From the sequence record NZ_CP045730.1: a stretch of 34,082 nucleotides of DNA; one strand, given 5' to 3'. This document shows, piece after piece, positions 18,356 to 27,424 of this stretch. The DNA is from a plasmid. The position numbers and the translations under genes were made by a program. Each line of letters begins with the position of its first letter. Position 1 is the first letter of the stretch. Below the pieces are notes generated by a model, which saw only the letters and a program-made list of their open reading frames with translations, was not told the DNA's origin and searched no databases.

Positions 18356-18821
18356 TGACTGTGAAACCTTCCTGAAGATTATTCCATGTTCCCATGGGCC
18401 TCACCTCACAAGGGAAAAGACAGCCACCGCCCTTAAAACTTCTTGCTCAATCCATTATACAGGGAAATTAAAAATCAACCAAGAGCAATAAAACTGCTCT
18501 TGACAGCAAAGGAAAGCTACAACACTAGCAAGGTCAGCAAGCAAGGCTAATAATACTGCTGCAATGGGAAATGACAAGCGTCCAGTAGGGCGGTCCAAGA
18601 GCGGGCGCAAACCCTACCAGGCAGTACGATTATAAAAGTAAAGAAGGTCATAAAATCAGCTACTAGAGGGAAAACTGTGGTAAAAGACAAATAAGATGGT
18701 GAAATGATGACTATAAAGTCAAGTCAGATAAACAGGTGATTAAGCATACAAATTGCTTTTGACACTTTACTTACTTATAATAAGTACAATAACAAATGAC
18801 TAGTAAAAGGCGGGTAAAACA

Positions 18822-20171
18822 ATGGATAAATTTAAAAATATTATTATTGGATTTGGTAAGGCGGGTAAGACATTAGCTAAGTACTTGGCACAGCATGATG
18901 AGACCGTGCTTTTGATCGAACGATCAAAACAAATGTATGGAGGAACTTGCATCAATGTTGGCTGCCTACCATCTAAAAATTTAATTTTAAATGGTCAACG
19001 TGGCTTAGACCTTACTACGGCAGTTAATAAGCGTGGTGAGATGACTCGACAGTTGCGAAACAAAAACTATCACATGGTGGCTGATGAGCCACTAGCAACG
19101 GTTTGGGATGGGTCAGCCCGTTTTATCGACAATTATGTTTTGGCAGTCGTAATGAGTGATGGAACGACTAAGGAGGTGAGAGGTGAACGTATCTTTATTA
19201 ATACTGGAGCAGTTCCAAATTGGCCATCAATCCCAGGGTTAGAATTCAGTCAGCGGATTTTTACGTCTAAAGAAGCTATGGAGTTGGAGAAACAACCGAA
19301 ACGACTAGCAATTATTGGTGGTGGTTATATTGGCCTTGAATTTGCTGGAATGTTTAATTCCTTTGGTACGCATGTAACGATTTTCGACCAACATACCAGA
19401 TTGTTAGAGCGCGAAGATCCTGATATTGCGACCGAGGTCGTAGCAGATCTGACTGACGCAGGGATCGAGATTAAACTGGCGACTCAACTAACGCAAGTAA
19501 AAGATAATGGTGAGAAGGTTACGTTATATTATCAACAAGGTGATCAAACTAACACTGCGGAATTTGATGCGGTATTAGTTGCAGTCGGTCGGCGGCCTAA
19601 TGTAAGTAGTTTAGGACTAGAAAATACTGATATTGCTTTAACCAATCGCGGTGCTATTCAGGTCGATGATCATTTAAGAACTACAGTACAAAACATTTGG
19701 GCTTTAGGTGACGTTAATGGTGGCCCTATGTTCACTTATGTCTCATTGGATGATTTTCGTATTATCATAGATCAATTGTTTGGTAAGGGGAATCGCTCAA
19801 CGGCTGATCGATCGGTAATACCAACTGCTTCATTCCTAAATCCACCGCTGGCCAACGTTGGCTTAAATGAACGTCAAGCTAAGAGTGCAGGTTATGATTT
19901 TCAAACCTTCAAGCTATCAGTCAAGGCAATTCCCAAGGCCCGTGTCTTGGAGGATCAACGCGGGCTTTATAAGGTAATCGTTGATCAAAAAACACACCTT
20001 ATTTTAGGGGCAACATTGTATGCCGCTGAGGCTCATGAAACCATCAATCTAATTGCATTGGCAATGAAGGCCAAATTACCTTACGAAAGATTACGCGATA
20101 TGATCTATACTCATCCAACAATGTCTGAAGCCTTGAATGATCTTTTTAAGACCCCGGTTGTGAAAAGCTAA
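18822..20171 (+). CDS. Class I pyridine nucleotide-disulfide oxidoreductase (glutathione reductase / MerA-like family)
   Basis: FAD-binding motif GFGKAG; redox-active site GGTCINVGCLPSK; C-terminal HPTMSE dyad. 449 aa. Confidence 0.8.
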   Translation: MDKFKNIIIGFGKAGKTLAKYLAQHDETVLLIERSKQMYGGTCINVGCLPSKNLILNGQRGLDLTTAVNKRGEMTRQLRNKNYHMVADEPLATVWDGSARFIDNYVLAVVMSDGTTKEVRGERIFINTGAVPNWPSIPGLEFSQRIFTSKEAMELEKQPKRLAIIGGGYIGLEFAGMFNSFGTHVTIFDQHTRLLEREDPDIATEVVADLTDAGIEIKLATQLTQVKDNGEKVTLYYQQGDQTNTAEFDAVLVAVGRRPNVSSLGLENTDIALTNRGAIQVDDHLRTTVQNIWALGDVNGGPMFTYVSLDDFRIIIDQLFGKGNRSTADRSVIPTASFLNPPLANVGLNERQAKSAGYDFQTFKLSVKAIPKARVLEDQRGLYKVIVDQKTHLILGATLYAAEAHETINLIALAMKAKLPYERLRDMIYTHPTMSEALNDLFKTPVVKS

Positions 20172-20321
20172 CGCCCTAGAAACACAAAGCCGACTAGTTA
20201 ATCGAGGAAACAATCAAGAAATCACCGTTAAAATTATTACGCAATGTGATTAACAATGCCCTTAATCTAAAGGACCGGGGCTCCAGAAATTCAGGCCACG
20301 TGTCGTGTTTAATAGAGAAGC

Positions 20322-20370
20322 CAAAGCGGGCGACTAACGCAGAAAACTGCGTTGGTCGCCCGCTATTTTT
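20322..20370. terminator. Bidirectional terminator between the oxidoreductase gene and the convergent adhesin gene
   Basis: GCGGGCGACTAACGCAGAAAACTGCGTTGGTCGCCCGC followed by TATTTTTGTTT. Confidence 0.7.
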
Positions 20371-20455
20371 GTTTGAACCCAGGGATCTGAGATACCATCA
20401 ATGGTTAAGATTTAACCCGGTTCGTTGTGGAGTGCTTACGATCATTCAATCATGA

Positions 20456-23389
20456 TCAAATAGTAAATCTATTTATAACTACTAAACCCAAGCTTAGCAA
20501 TAACGTCACTAGTCCAATTAACATCATACCTATTGATGATTCATTACCTGTTTGAGGTAATTTACCTGTTTTTTCGTAGGTTTTACCTTGAGTGTAAGCT
20601 TTTGGTGTTACCTTATTCCCATTATTAGGAACTTGAGGTTTCTTGGGCGTTGTCGGGTTATTAGGAACCTGGGGCTTCTTAGGCGTTGTCGGATTATGGG
20701 TATTAGTAATATTGTAACCATCGACAGTACTGGTGTACCCCGCAACGGCATTTTCCGTTACCGTGTAGGTGATCTTCTGACCATTAGCATAAGCAGCTAA
20801 GTTGTCGAAACTGTATTGCCAGTTATCACTAGCACTAACCGTCTTACTTGCGACTTGCCGACCGTTAGCCAACAAGTTCACCGTGATTGAACTTGGGCGG
20901 ATTCCATCTTGATTGTTGTTATCCTTCCAAGTCTTGGTTCCGGATACCTTGACGGTGGCAGGAGTATGGTTGTTAGTTACGTTGTAACCATCAACAGTAC
21001 TGGTGTACCCCGCAACCGCATTTTCCGTTACCGTGTAGGTAATCTTCCGACCATTAGCGTAAGCGGCTAAGTTGTCGAAACTGTATTGCCAGTTATCACT
21101 GGCACTAACCGTCTTGCTTGCGACTTGCCGACCGTTAGCCAACAAGTTCACGGTGATTGAGCTTGGGCGGATTCCATCTTGATTGTTGTTATCCTTCCAA
21201 GTCTTGGTTCCAGATACCTTGACAGTGGCAGGAGTGTGGTTGTTGGTTACGTTGTAACCATCAACAGTACTGGTGTACCCCGCAACTGCGTCTTCCGTAA
21301 CTGTGTAGGTAATCTTCTTACCATTAGCATAAGCAGCTAAGTTGTCAAAGCTGTACTGCCAGTTATCACTAGCACTAACTTTCTTGCTTGCGACTTGTTG
21401 ACCATTGGCCAATAAGTTCACTGTGATTGAACTTGGGCGGATTCCATCTTGATTGTTGTTATCGTTCCAAGTCTTGGCTCCAGATACCTTGACGGTGGCA
21501 GGAGTGTGGTTGTTGGTTACGTTGTAACCATCAACAGTACTTGTGTACCCCGCAACTGCGTCTTCCGTAACTGTGTAGGTAATCTTCTTACCATTTTCAA
21601 ATTCAGGTAAGTTAGTAAAGCTGTACTTCCAGTTGTCTGATGCCTTCACTGTCTTACTCTGAACAACCTTACCATTAGCTAATAAGTTTACCTTGATTGA
21701 ATCAGGGCGCTTGCCGTCTTGATCATCATTATCTTTCCAAGTCTTTGTACCTGAAACGGTAGTAACAGCTTTCTTATCTGTGATCGTTGCTGTTGCTCCC
21801 TTAGAGTCAAAACTATCAGCTGAAACAGTAACATCTTTAGCCAATGTATATCCCGATGGAGCCGAAGTTTCACGTATAATATAATCATCTTTTAGAAGAC
21901 CATAAATTGTTCCTTTACCATCAGGACCAGTAGTTATGGTTCCAACAACCCCATTAGTTGACTTGCGAATAACAGAAAAAACAGCATTTGCAAGTGGGGC
22001 TCCAGATTCATCCTCTTTATTTATAGTTAAACTATAATTATATCCATTAGCTTTGCCATTAGCCTCTTGGTAAAGAACTCTATTTATAGAACTGTTTATT
22101 ACCTTCTTATTAGATTTATAGCTAACATCATTCTCGACCAGTTCGCCATTAAGTAATGGATGGTTTGACTTAACCCGGTAGACAATTGCATAACCCTCAG
22201 ATATATTGCCCAATTTCACTGTATAAGCACTATTGCTTGAATTAATATCAATGTTATATTGGCTTGTCACATCTTGTGGATTGCTCAATGTCCAATAGTT
22301 CTCAGAATTTCTTTCCCAATTCCCTTTAGAAATAGAAAAACTTCCGGGCACATAAGAAAAACCATCTGAAGCCAAACTATCAGAGATAACTACATTACTG
22401 ACACTTTGCATAGAGGCGTTAATGTTGACGTGATAGATAATTTCATTCTTGTTATTGTCATAATCAACATATCCGTACTTCCAAAAGTCTGTTGCTGTAT
22501 CACCCTTGGAAGGTATGTGTTTTATACCAGATCTATCAATCGTAACGGTGTGCCCATTAATCTTGATTTCCGCTGGTATGGTCTCTTCTTTATTAATTTC
22601 ACTTGTAGCGGCCGTTACTTGCATATCAATATGGCCACTTATTGAGTCATGTGAATCAACGTAATCGGTGTAGGTTAGAACAAGTGATTTGCTGGGCTTA
22701 TCGATAACTGCTGTAGCTACAACAGTTTTGCCATCAGGTGCATAAATATTAAACTTCTGAGATCGTTGGAAATCTAACTGATCCGGTAATGAAATAGTTG
22801 TTGTATCCCCAGATTTGGCTGAATCTGGAACTGAGAAATCAAAAGAGAATTCTGTAGTTCCTCCACCTGAGATCTCCTTAGTTGATGATCTCTGATTGGT
22901 AATTGTAATATCAACGCTAGTTCCTTTATTATATGCAGATGGGGAACTATTATTCTTAGAAATACTATTAACTGATGGACCCTGATTAGTATTAGCCCCA
23001 CTATTAGAAGTCGAGTATTGACTATTACTTATATAATTACGGTCCTCCTGAACTGGCTGATTATTGTCAGTTGGTGCTCTCGGTTGTGCTTCTGTATTAG
23101 TAACTTGTTTCTGAGACGTCTGATCGTCCGAAGAACTAGTATTATCTGTGGTATTACTATTAACGGTACTTATCTGCGGTTCTTCCTGTTGATTAATAAC
23201 AGTCCCGGACCCCGTACCGTTCTGAGTAATATTTGTCTTGCTATCAGCATATACGGTCATACCATTATTAGATGATATCCATATTGACCCTAATAACGAA
23301 AATAAGACTAGTCCCATCATAAATAAAAGTCGACGATGCCTAGATTTATTACTTATAATGTTGCCTCCTTCTTTGTTTTCTATGCGCAA
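20456..23389 (-). CDS. LPXTG-anchored surface adhesin: signal peptide, Ser/Thr-rich region, A-domain, four ~94-aa B-type (Cna B-like) repeats, Pro-rich stalk and an LPQTG sorting signal
   Basis: LPQTG plus a hydrophobic segment at the C-terminus; a signal-peptide-like N-terminus; four 282-bp DNA repeats (~20700-21830), three of them nearly identical. The start codon is uncertain (TTG at 23389 or a downstream ATT/ATA after a GAAGGAGG). Confidence 0.8.
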   Translation of the reverse strand: MRIENKEGGNIISNKSRHRRLLFMMGLVLFSLLGSIWISSNNGMTVYADSKTNITQNGTGSGTVINQQEEPQISTVNSNTTDNTSSSDDQTSQKQVTNTEAQPRAPTDNNQPVQEDRNYISNSQYSTSNSGANTNQGPSVNSISKNNSSPSAYNKGTSVDITITNQRSSTKEISGGGTTEFSFDFSVPDSAKSGDTTTISLPDQLDFQRSQKFNIYAPDGKTVVATAVIDKPSKSLVLTYTDYVDSHDSISGHIDMQVTAATSEINKEETIPAEIKINGHTVTIDRSGIKHIPSKGDTATDFWKYGYVDYDNNKNEIIYHVNINASMQSVSNVVISDSLASDGFSYVPGSFSISKGNWERNSENYWTLSNPQDVTSQYNIDINSSNSAYTVKLGNISEGYAIVYRVKSNHPLLNGELVENDVSYKSNKKVINSSINRVLYQEANGKANGYNYSLTINKEDESGAPLANAVFSVIRKSTNGVVGTITTGPDGKGTIYGLLKDDYIIRETSAPSGYTLAKDVTVSADSFDSKGATATITDKKAVTTVSGTKTWKDNDDQDGKRPDSIKVNLLANGKVVQSKTVKASDNWKYSFTNLPEFENGKKITYTVTEDAVAGYTSTVDGYNVTNNHTPATVKVSGAKTWNDNNNQDGIRPSSITVNLLANGQQVASKKVSASDNWQYSFDNLAAYANGKKITYTVTEDAVAGYTSTVDGYNVTNNHTPATVKVSGTKTWKDNNNQDGIRPSSITVNLLANGRQVASKTVSASDNWQYSFDNLAAYANGRKITYTVTENAVAGYTSTVDGYNVTNNHTPATVKVSGTKTWKDNNNQDGIRPSSITVNLLANGRQVASKTVSASDNWQYSFDNLAAYANGQKITYTVTENAVAGYTSTVDGYNITNTHNPTTPKKPQVPNNPTTPKKPQVPNNGNKVTPKAYTQGKTYEKTGKLPQTGNESSIGMMLIGLVTLLLSLGLVVINRFTI

Positions 23390-23575
23390 TACTAAAGATT
23401 ATCACATGCCCTTATATTACCATATTCTTATAGAAAATTTCACACTAACTTCATCAACCGTCAACAGTGATATCACTAGTATTAGCGTAGTTAGCAAACG
23501 TATGTTCCTTTAAGTTGCTAGGAAGCTGATTAAAAATAGTCGAAAGTCAGTTATAGTCATGCTATAATGTAAGAC

Positions 23576-23693
23576 AGAAAAAGGAAGCCCCGCGTGAACA
23601 GGACTTCCCATGTAGAGCCGTTTAAGACGGTGGCATAATTTAACGTTATTAAATAACCGCTAGCTTGCCAGAGCTAAGGCGGTTATTTTTTTT
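23576..23693 (+). ncRNA. Candidate antisense/antitoxin sRNA of Fst-like type I TA locus 2
   Basis: The same extended -10 element ATGCTATAAT (23560-23569). Conserved 5' stem GGAAGCCCCGC..CAGGACTTCC, a covarying second stem and a terminator hairpin plus T8. Confidence 0.5.
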
Positions 23694-23787
23694 GCTGACT
23701 TTTAATCAGCTCAACAATTAATGCAATTAAGGCCACGATAAAAGTACCGAAAGCCAGCATTAATTGTAAAGCGTCCGCAACGGACAC
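23683..23787 (-). CDS. Fst/Ldr-like type I toxin peptide (34 aa), paralogue of 18266..18355
   Basis: GTG start with an AAAGGAG ribosome-binding site. Encodes MSVADALQLMLAFGTFIVALIALIVELIKSQQKK, which aligns with the locus-1 peptide. The stop overlaps the sRNA terminator T-run. Confidence 0.5.
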   Translation of the reverse strand: MSVADALQLMLAFGTFIVALIALIVELIKSQQKK

Positions 23788-23945
23788 TTAGGCTACTCCT
23801 TTCATTAGGATTTATGGGCTTTAAAGGTTTAACACCATAAGCACCACCTCCGATCGGAAATAGCCACCGCCTTAACTTCTCTACAAAGAACTATTATACA
23901 GGCAACTCACTGCATGACCAAGCGCTTAAAAGGCTATTTTCAAAA

Positions 23946-24257
23946 TCAATGGTGCCAATTATCAATAATAGCCTTTAAAAGATTTGGAAATCTGTGATCT
24001 AGTTCTGCTTGTCGTAACGTAAGATAACTATGAATACCAGAATGTCTAACGGAAATTAAGCCATTTAAACGTAAATTTCGGTAATGTTGAGATAGATTGC
24101 TCTTCTTTCCTAGATCATTAAAAATGGCACATGAGCATTCCTTGCTTTCTTTAAACAACTTAGTGACAATCTCTAAACGAATAGGATCACTTAAGGATTT
24201 TAGTATTTGCGTAAGGGTAACTTTATTGAGATCAATATTAGGTAAGTTCTCTTTCAT
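23946..24257 (-). CDS. ArsR/SmtB-family transcriptional regulator
   Basis: Winged-HTH block LSDPIRLEIVTKLF..NLSQHYRNLRLNGLI. 103 aa. Confidence 0.8.
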   Translation of the reverse strand: MKENLPNIDLNKVTLTQILKSLSDPIRLEIVTKLFKESKECSCAIFNDLGKKSNLSQHYRNLRLNGLISVRHSGIHSYLTLRQAELDHRFPNLLKAIIDNWHH

Positions 24258-24280
24258 GCATAGCCGCTCCTTTTTTACTT

Positions 24281-24312
24281 TTCAACTGTTTAGTATATAC
24301 TAAACAGTTGAA
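24281..24312. promoter_or_regulatory. Perfect 32-bp palindrome TTCAACTGTTTAGTATATACTAAACAGTTGAA in the divergent arsR / NTF2-like promoter region; candidate operator
   Basis: Both arms were read directly from the sequence. It lies 24 bp upstream of the ArsR start and 14 bp upstream of the NTF2-like ATG. Confidence 0.6.
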
Positions 24313-24325
24313 AGAAGGTAAGTAT

Positions 24326-24688
24326 ATGGATTCAAAAACGCAAATCATTGAACAATACTTTAAGTTATTTGACTTGGCTTCTAATGATGAACAAGCATTG
24401 CATGAAATAATTCAACTCTTTTCAAAAAGGGCTGTGGTCAAGGGTGCTAATGGTTTTGTTGCTGATAATCCGACTAGAGTCGCCGAATTTTTCAAGAATT
24501 TTTTTAAAGATAACCAAGAATTAAGGCATCTTTTCCATGTAGTCGTCGATGATGGTAACTATCAAGCTGAGTGGGCCGTTGCTGGGCGTAAACGTAGTGG
24601 AAAAATATTTGCATTTCATGGTTTTGACACCTACCAATTTGACCAGCAAAACAAAATAAGCTTCTTGAAAGTTAAACTTGAAAAATAG
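24326..24688 (+). CDS. NTF2-like / SnoaL-like small protein of unknown function
   Basis: ~120 aa with a strong ribosome-binding site. The fold assignment rests on size and composition only. Confidence 0.35.
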   Translation: MDSKTQIIEQYFKLFDLASNDEQALHEIIQLFSKRAVVKGANGFVADNPTRVAEFFKNFFKDNQELRHLFHVVVDDGNYQAEWAVAGRKRSGKIFAFHGFDTYQFDQQNKISFLKVKLEK

Positions 24689-24792
24689 AAATAGAAACGG
24701 CCAATAGGGTATACCCTAATGGACTTTTTTATTTCTGTGCTATACTAGGAATTACAAGTGTTCATTAGAACTGTCCAAAAGGAGAATTGGAA

Positions 24793-25377
24793 ATGGCTAA
24801 AATCGGTTATGCGCGTGTGAGTTCCAAGGAGCAACATTTAGATCGACAGTTAGCGGCTTTAAAAGACGTTGATAAATTATTTACGGATAAATTAAGTGGG
24901 GCTAACACTAATCGGCCAGAACTGCAAAAAATGCTGGCCTATATTCGTGAGGGTGATATTGTAATGGTCACTGAATTAGATCGCTTAGGCAGAAACAACC
25001 AGGATTTAACTAAGATCATGAACACCATTCAAAATAAGGGTGCCACCCTAGATGTGTTAAATTTACCGTCCATGACGGGGATTGCGGATCCTAACTTACG
25101 TCAACTGATGACCAACTTGATTATTGAACTCTATAAGTATCAGGCCGAAAGTGAACGTAAGCGAATCATTGAGCGCCAGCAGCAAGGAATTGCCTTAGCT
25201 AAGCGGCAGGGTAAATATCATGGCCGCAAACCCCAATACACCCAAGACGATCCCCGCTTACAACATGCTTTTAAACTTTATCAGGCGGGCATGAGTGATG
25301 TAGACGTCGCCCGTAATACCGGGATTAAGCGGACGACCTTTATCAGATATCGCAAAAAGTTTAATATAAAAAGATAA
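24793..25377 (+). CDS. Serine recombinase (resolvase/invertase family) with a C-terminal HTH
   Basis: N-terminus MAKIGYARVSSKEQHLDRQ with the catalytic Ser. AAGGAG ribosome-binding site. A near-palindrome CCAATAGGGTATACCCTAATGG lies upstream at 24703-24724 and is a candidate res subsite. Confidence 0.85.
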   Translation: MAKIGYARVSSKEQHLDRQLAALKDVDKLFTDKLSGANTNRPELQKMLAYIREGDIVMVTELDRLGRNNQDLTKIMNTIQNKGATLDVLNLPSMTGIADPNLRQLMTNLIIELYKYQAESERKRIIERQQQGIALAKRQGKYHGRKPQYTQDDPRLQHAFKLYQAGMSDVDVARNTGIKRTTFIRYRKKFNIKR

Positions 25378-25573
25378 GACTTGTACACTTTTTATTCTAG
25401 GCCCATTTCTACGATATGAGATATAGGAATTTCAGTAGATATAAGTCCATGAATATCATCAAGTATTTTCATGAAGTTTCTTCCCTTCCTAAGTTTTTAT
25501 CGTTTATTTTCGAAATAGTTAATGGTTTATTAATAATTTCTATGGGGATATAGAGATATATAAGCAAACAAAG

Positions 25574-25849
25574 TTAAGAAAAGTTAACAGTTAATTTTTT
25601 ACCCAAAGCATTTGCAATTTTTGTTAAGGTATCAATGCTAGTGTTAGCCCCACTTTCAATGCGTGCAATTGTTGATTGTGGAACATCAGAAATAGTAGAT
25701 AAATCACGTTGAGAAAGGCCCGAATCTCTCCTTGCTTTTGTTAAAGCAATAGCACTTTCTAACTTAGTAGTCTCATTTTCGAACTCTTTCTTAAATTCAG
25801 GATCTTGTAACTGTTCATTTAAGTAGTCTTTAAAATTAATGTTACTCAT
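25574..25849 (-). CDS. higA: HTH XRE-family antitoxin (HigA-like)
   Basis: 91 aa with the HTH LSQRDLSTISDVPQSTIARIESG, encoded directly downstream of the Gp49/HigB-like toxin. Confidence 0.7.
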   Translation of the reverse strand: MSNINFKDYLNEQLQDPEFKKEFENETTKLESAIALTKARRDSGLSQRDLSTISDVPQSTIARIESGANTSIDTLTKIANALGKKLTVNFS

Positions 25850-25852
25850 GAG

Positions 25853-26215
25853 TTATTGCTCCTTTCGATTAGTAAAGTATTCATCACGTAAAGCTTTCGC
25901 ATGTTTAATTTCTCGTAGAGGGGTTTTCTGAGTTTTCTTAGTAAAACCGTGAGTAATTATATAATGGGTTCCGTCAACATGAAAATATAGTCCACGTTGT
26001 TGATTACTACTGATTCTAGAACGAATTTCATATAAATTCTTATCAAGAGGCTTAACCCAATTATGTTGAATGCTAATATTAATTCCTTTTTTTGCAACGA
26101 TATTAATACGGGCTAATAATTTTGCTCTACTTTTAACGTCAAGACTATCTAAATATTCTTTAAATTCAGTATGACCATTAGGCCGAGTATAAAATTCAAA
26201 ATCTAATTCTTCCAT
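25853..26215 (-). CDS. higB: Type II toxin, HigB / Gp49-like RelE superfamily
   Basis: 120 aa; the block GLYFHVDGTHYIITHGFTKKTQKTP is typical of Gp49-family toxins. The toxin-first gene order matches HigBA. Confidence 0.65.
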   Translation of the reverse strand: MEELDFEFYTRPNGHTEFKEYLDSLDVKSRAKLLARINIVAKKGINISIQHNWVKPLDKNLYEIRSRISSNQQRGLYFHVDGTHYIITHGFTKKTQKTPLREIKHAKALRDEYFTNRKEQ

Positions 26216-26622
26216 ACATTATACGATATCATATATTAGTTAAAATATCAATATGTGCTATCAAAAAGAAGAAACTAAATATTATATCCACAACGTATTA
26301 CTTTTTGGGGTTATCCAAGAACGAAAGAGAAAATTAATTATAAGCGATCGTAATACTGTTCTTTATATAGGAATGATTGAATTGGACCTATGTCTGAAGT
26401 TTATCAGAGATAGATCCTAATATTAAAGCTAATTAATCAAATTTAACTTCATCTAACATTTGTTCACGGCTAACTTGATCTAGGCCCAGATACTTGAGTT
26501 AGATTTAAATTGTCTATTTTATTGACAGGGGACCACCTATCGTGAAACCGTTAATGAGTTTAATATCTCCAAATCTTAAAAGAGAGTCCTATTAGTAAAG
26601 AATAGAGTGTAATTTTTGTAGC

Positions 26623-27183
26623 TTACGTAGTAGTGTACTTAAAAGGACAGTCTTCGATATGATCGTTAATTAGGCCTACCGCTTCAAGAAAGGAGTAGGT
26701 TGTTACTGGCCCCATAAATTGAAAACCTATTTCTTTAAACTCTTTTGCTAGGTTTCGAGATAGCCTATTCTGGGTCGGTATATCAGTAAACTGTTGAGGG
26801 TGGTTAACGATTGGCTGTGGAATTAAGGTTGTTAGTACTGTACACAATTGGTGCCCTTCACGGTGCATTTTAGTCATTACACGAGCATTATTAATGGCGG
26901 CATCAATTTTTCGCTGATTACGAATGATTCCTCGGTTTTTCAGTAATTGCTTACGTTGATTACTGGTAAATTTTGCAACCCGCTCCACATTAAAGCCTGC
27001 AAAGGCTTGTCGAAAATTTTCTCGCTTATCCAAGACTAATTGCCAACTAAGTCCCGATTGAAAGGATTCTAGAACCATCATCTCATATAAGTAATTCTCG
27101 TTGAGGTTCAGCTTACCCCATTCGTGGTCATGATACTTCGTAAGGAATGGAGCATCATCGTTTTTCGGAAAGCAGCGTTTCAT
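26623..27183 (-). CDS. tag: DNA-3-methyladenine glycosylase I
   Basis: Motifs YHDHEWG and GPVTTYSFLEAVGLINDH; Cys/His zinc-knuckle residues. 186 aa. Confidence 0.85.
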   Translation of the reverse strand: MKRCFPKNDDAPFLTKYHDHEWGKLNLNENYLYEMMVLESFQSGLSWQLVLDKRENFRQAFAGFNVERVAKFTSNQRKQLLKNRGIIRNQRKIDAAINNARVMTKMHREGHQLCTVLTTLIPQPIVNHPQQFTDIPTQNRLSRNLAKEFKEIGFQFMGPVTTYSFLEAVGLINDHIEDCPFKYTTT

Positions 27184-27375
27184 TTAATTCCTCCTAATAG
27201 TAATTTTGATCAATCAGAATTTGAACATAAAAAGGGCATCTTTTCAGATGTCCCACCGGTTCGGATAAGTAATCGACTGACTTGATTTATACATCAGCAT
27301 CATCGTTCTTGTATTGTTGCTACTTTCTAAGAAGCAGCTAAAAAAACTGATTAAGTCCATTAACATTTCAGCAAA

Positions 27376-27405
27376 ACAAATCAGTGCCTGTCGCGTGTGA
27401 CAGGT
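27376..27405 (-). terminator. Hairpin CCTGTCGCGTGTGACAGG with a T-rich tail downstream of the MFS gene
   Basis: Inverted repeat read from the sequence. It lies ~25 bp after the MFS stop codon. Confidence 0.45.
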
Positions 27406-27424
27406 GTTTTTGTTATTCTTAGAG

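Noticed and set aside
20246-20455. ORF 20246..20455(+)
   Set aside because: It spans the bidirectional terminator between convergent genes and has no ribosome-binding site.
20588-23513. Plus-strand ORFs 20588..20800, 22406..22645, 23018..23275, 23238..23513 and minus-strand ORFs 21688..21888, 22774..23001
   Set aside because: They lie inside or antisense to the 2.9-kb adhesin gene. They have no ribosome-binding sites and odd composition.
24097-24303. ORF 24097..24303(+)
   Set aside because: It lies antisense to the ArsR regulator gene.
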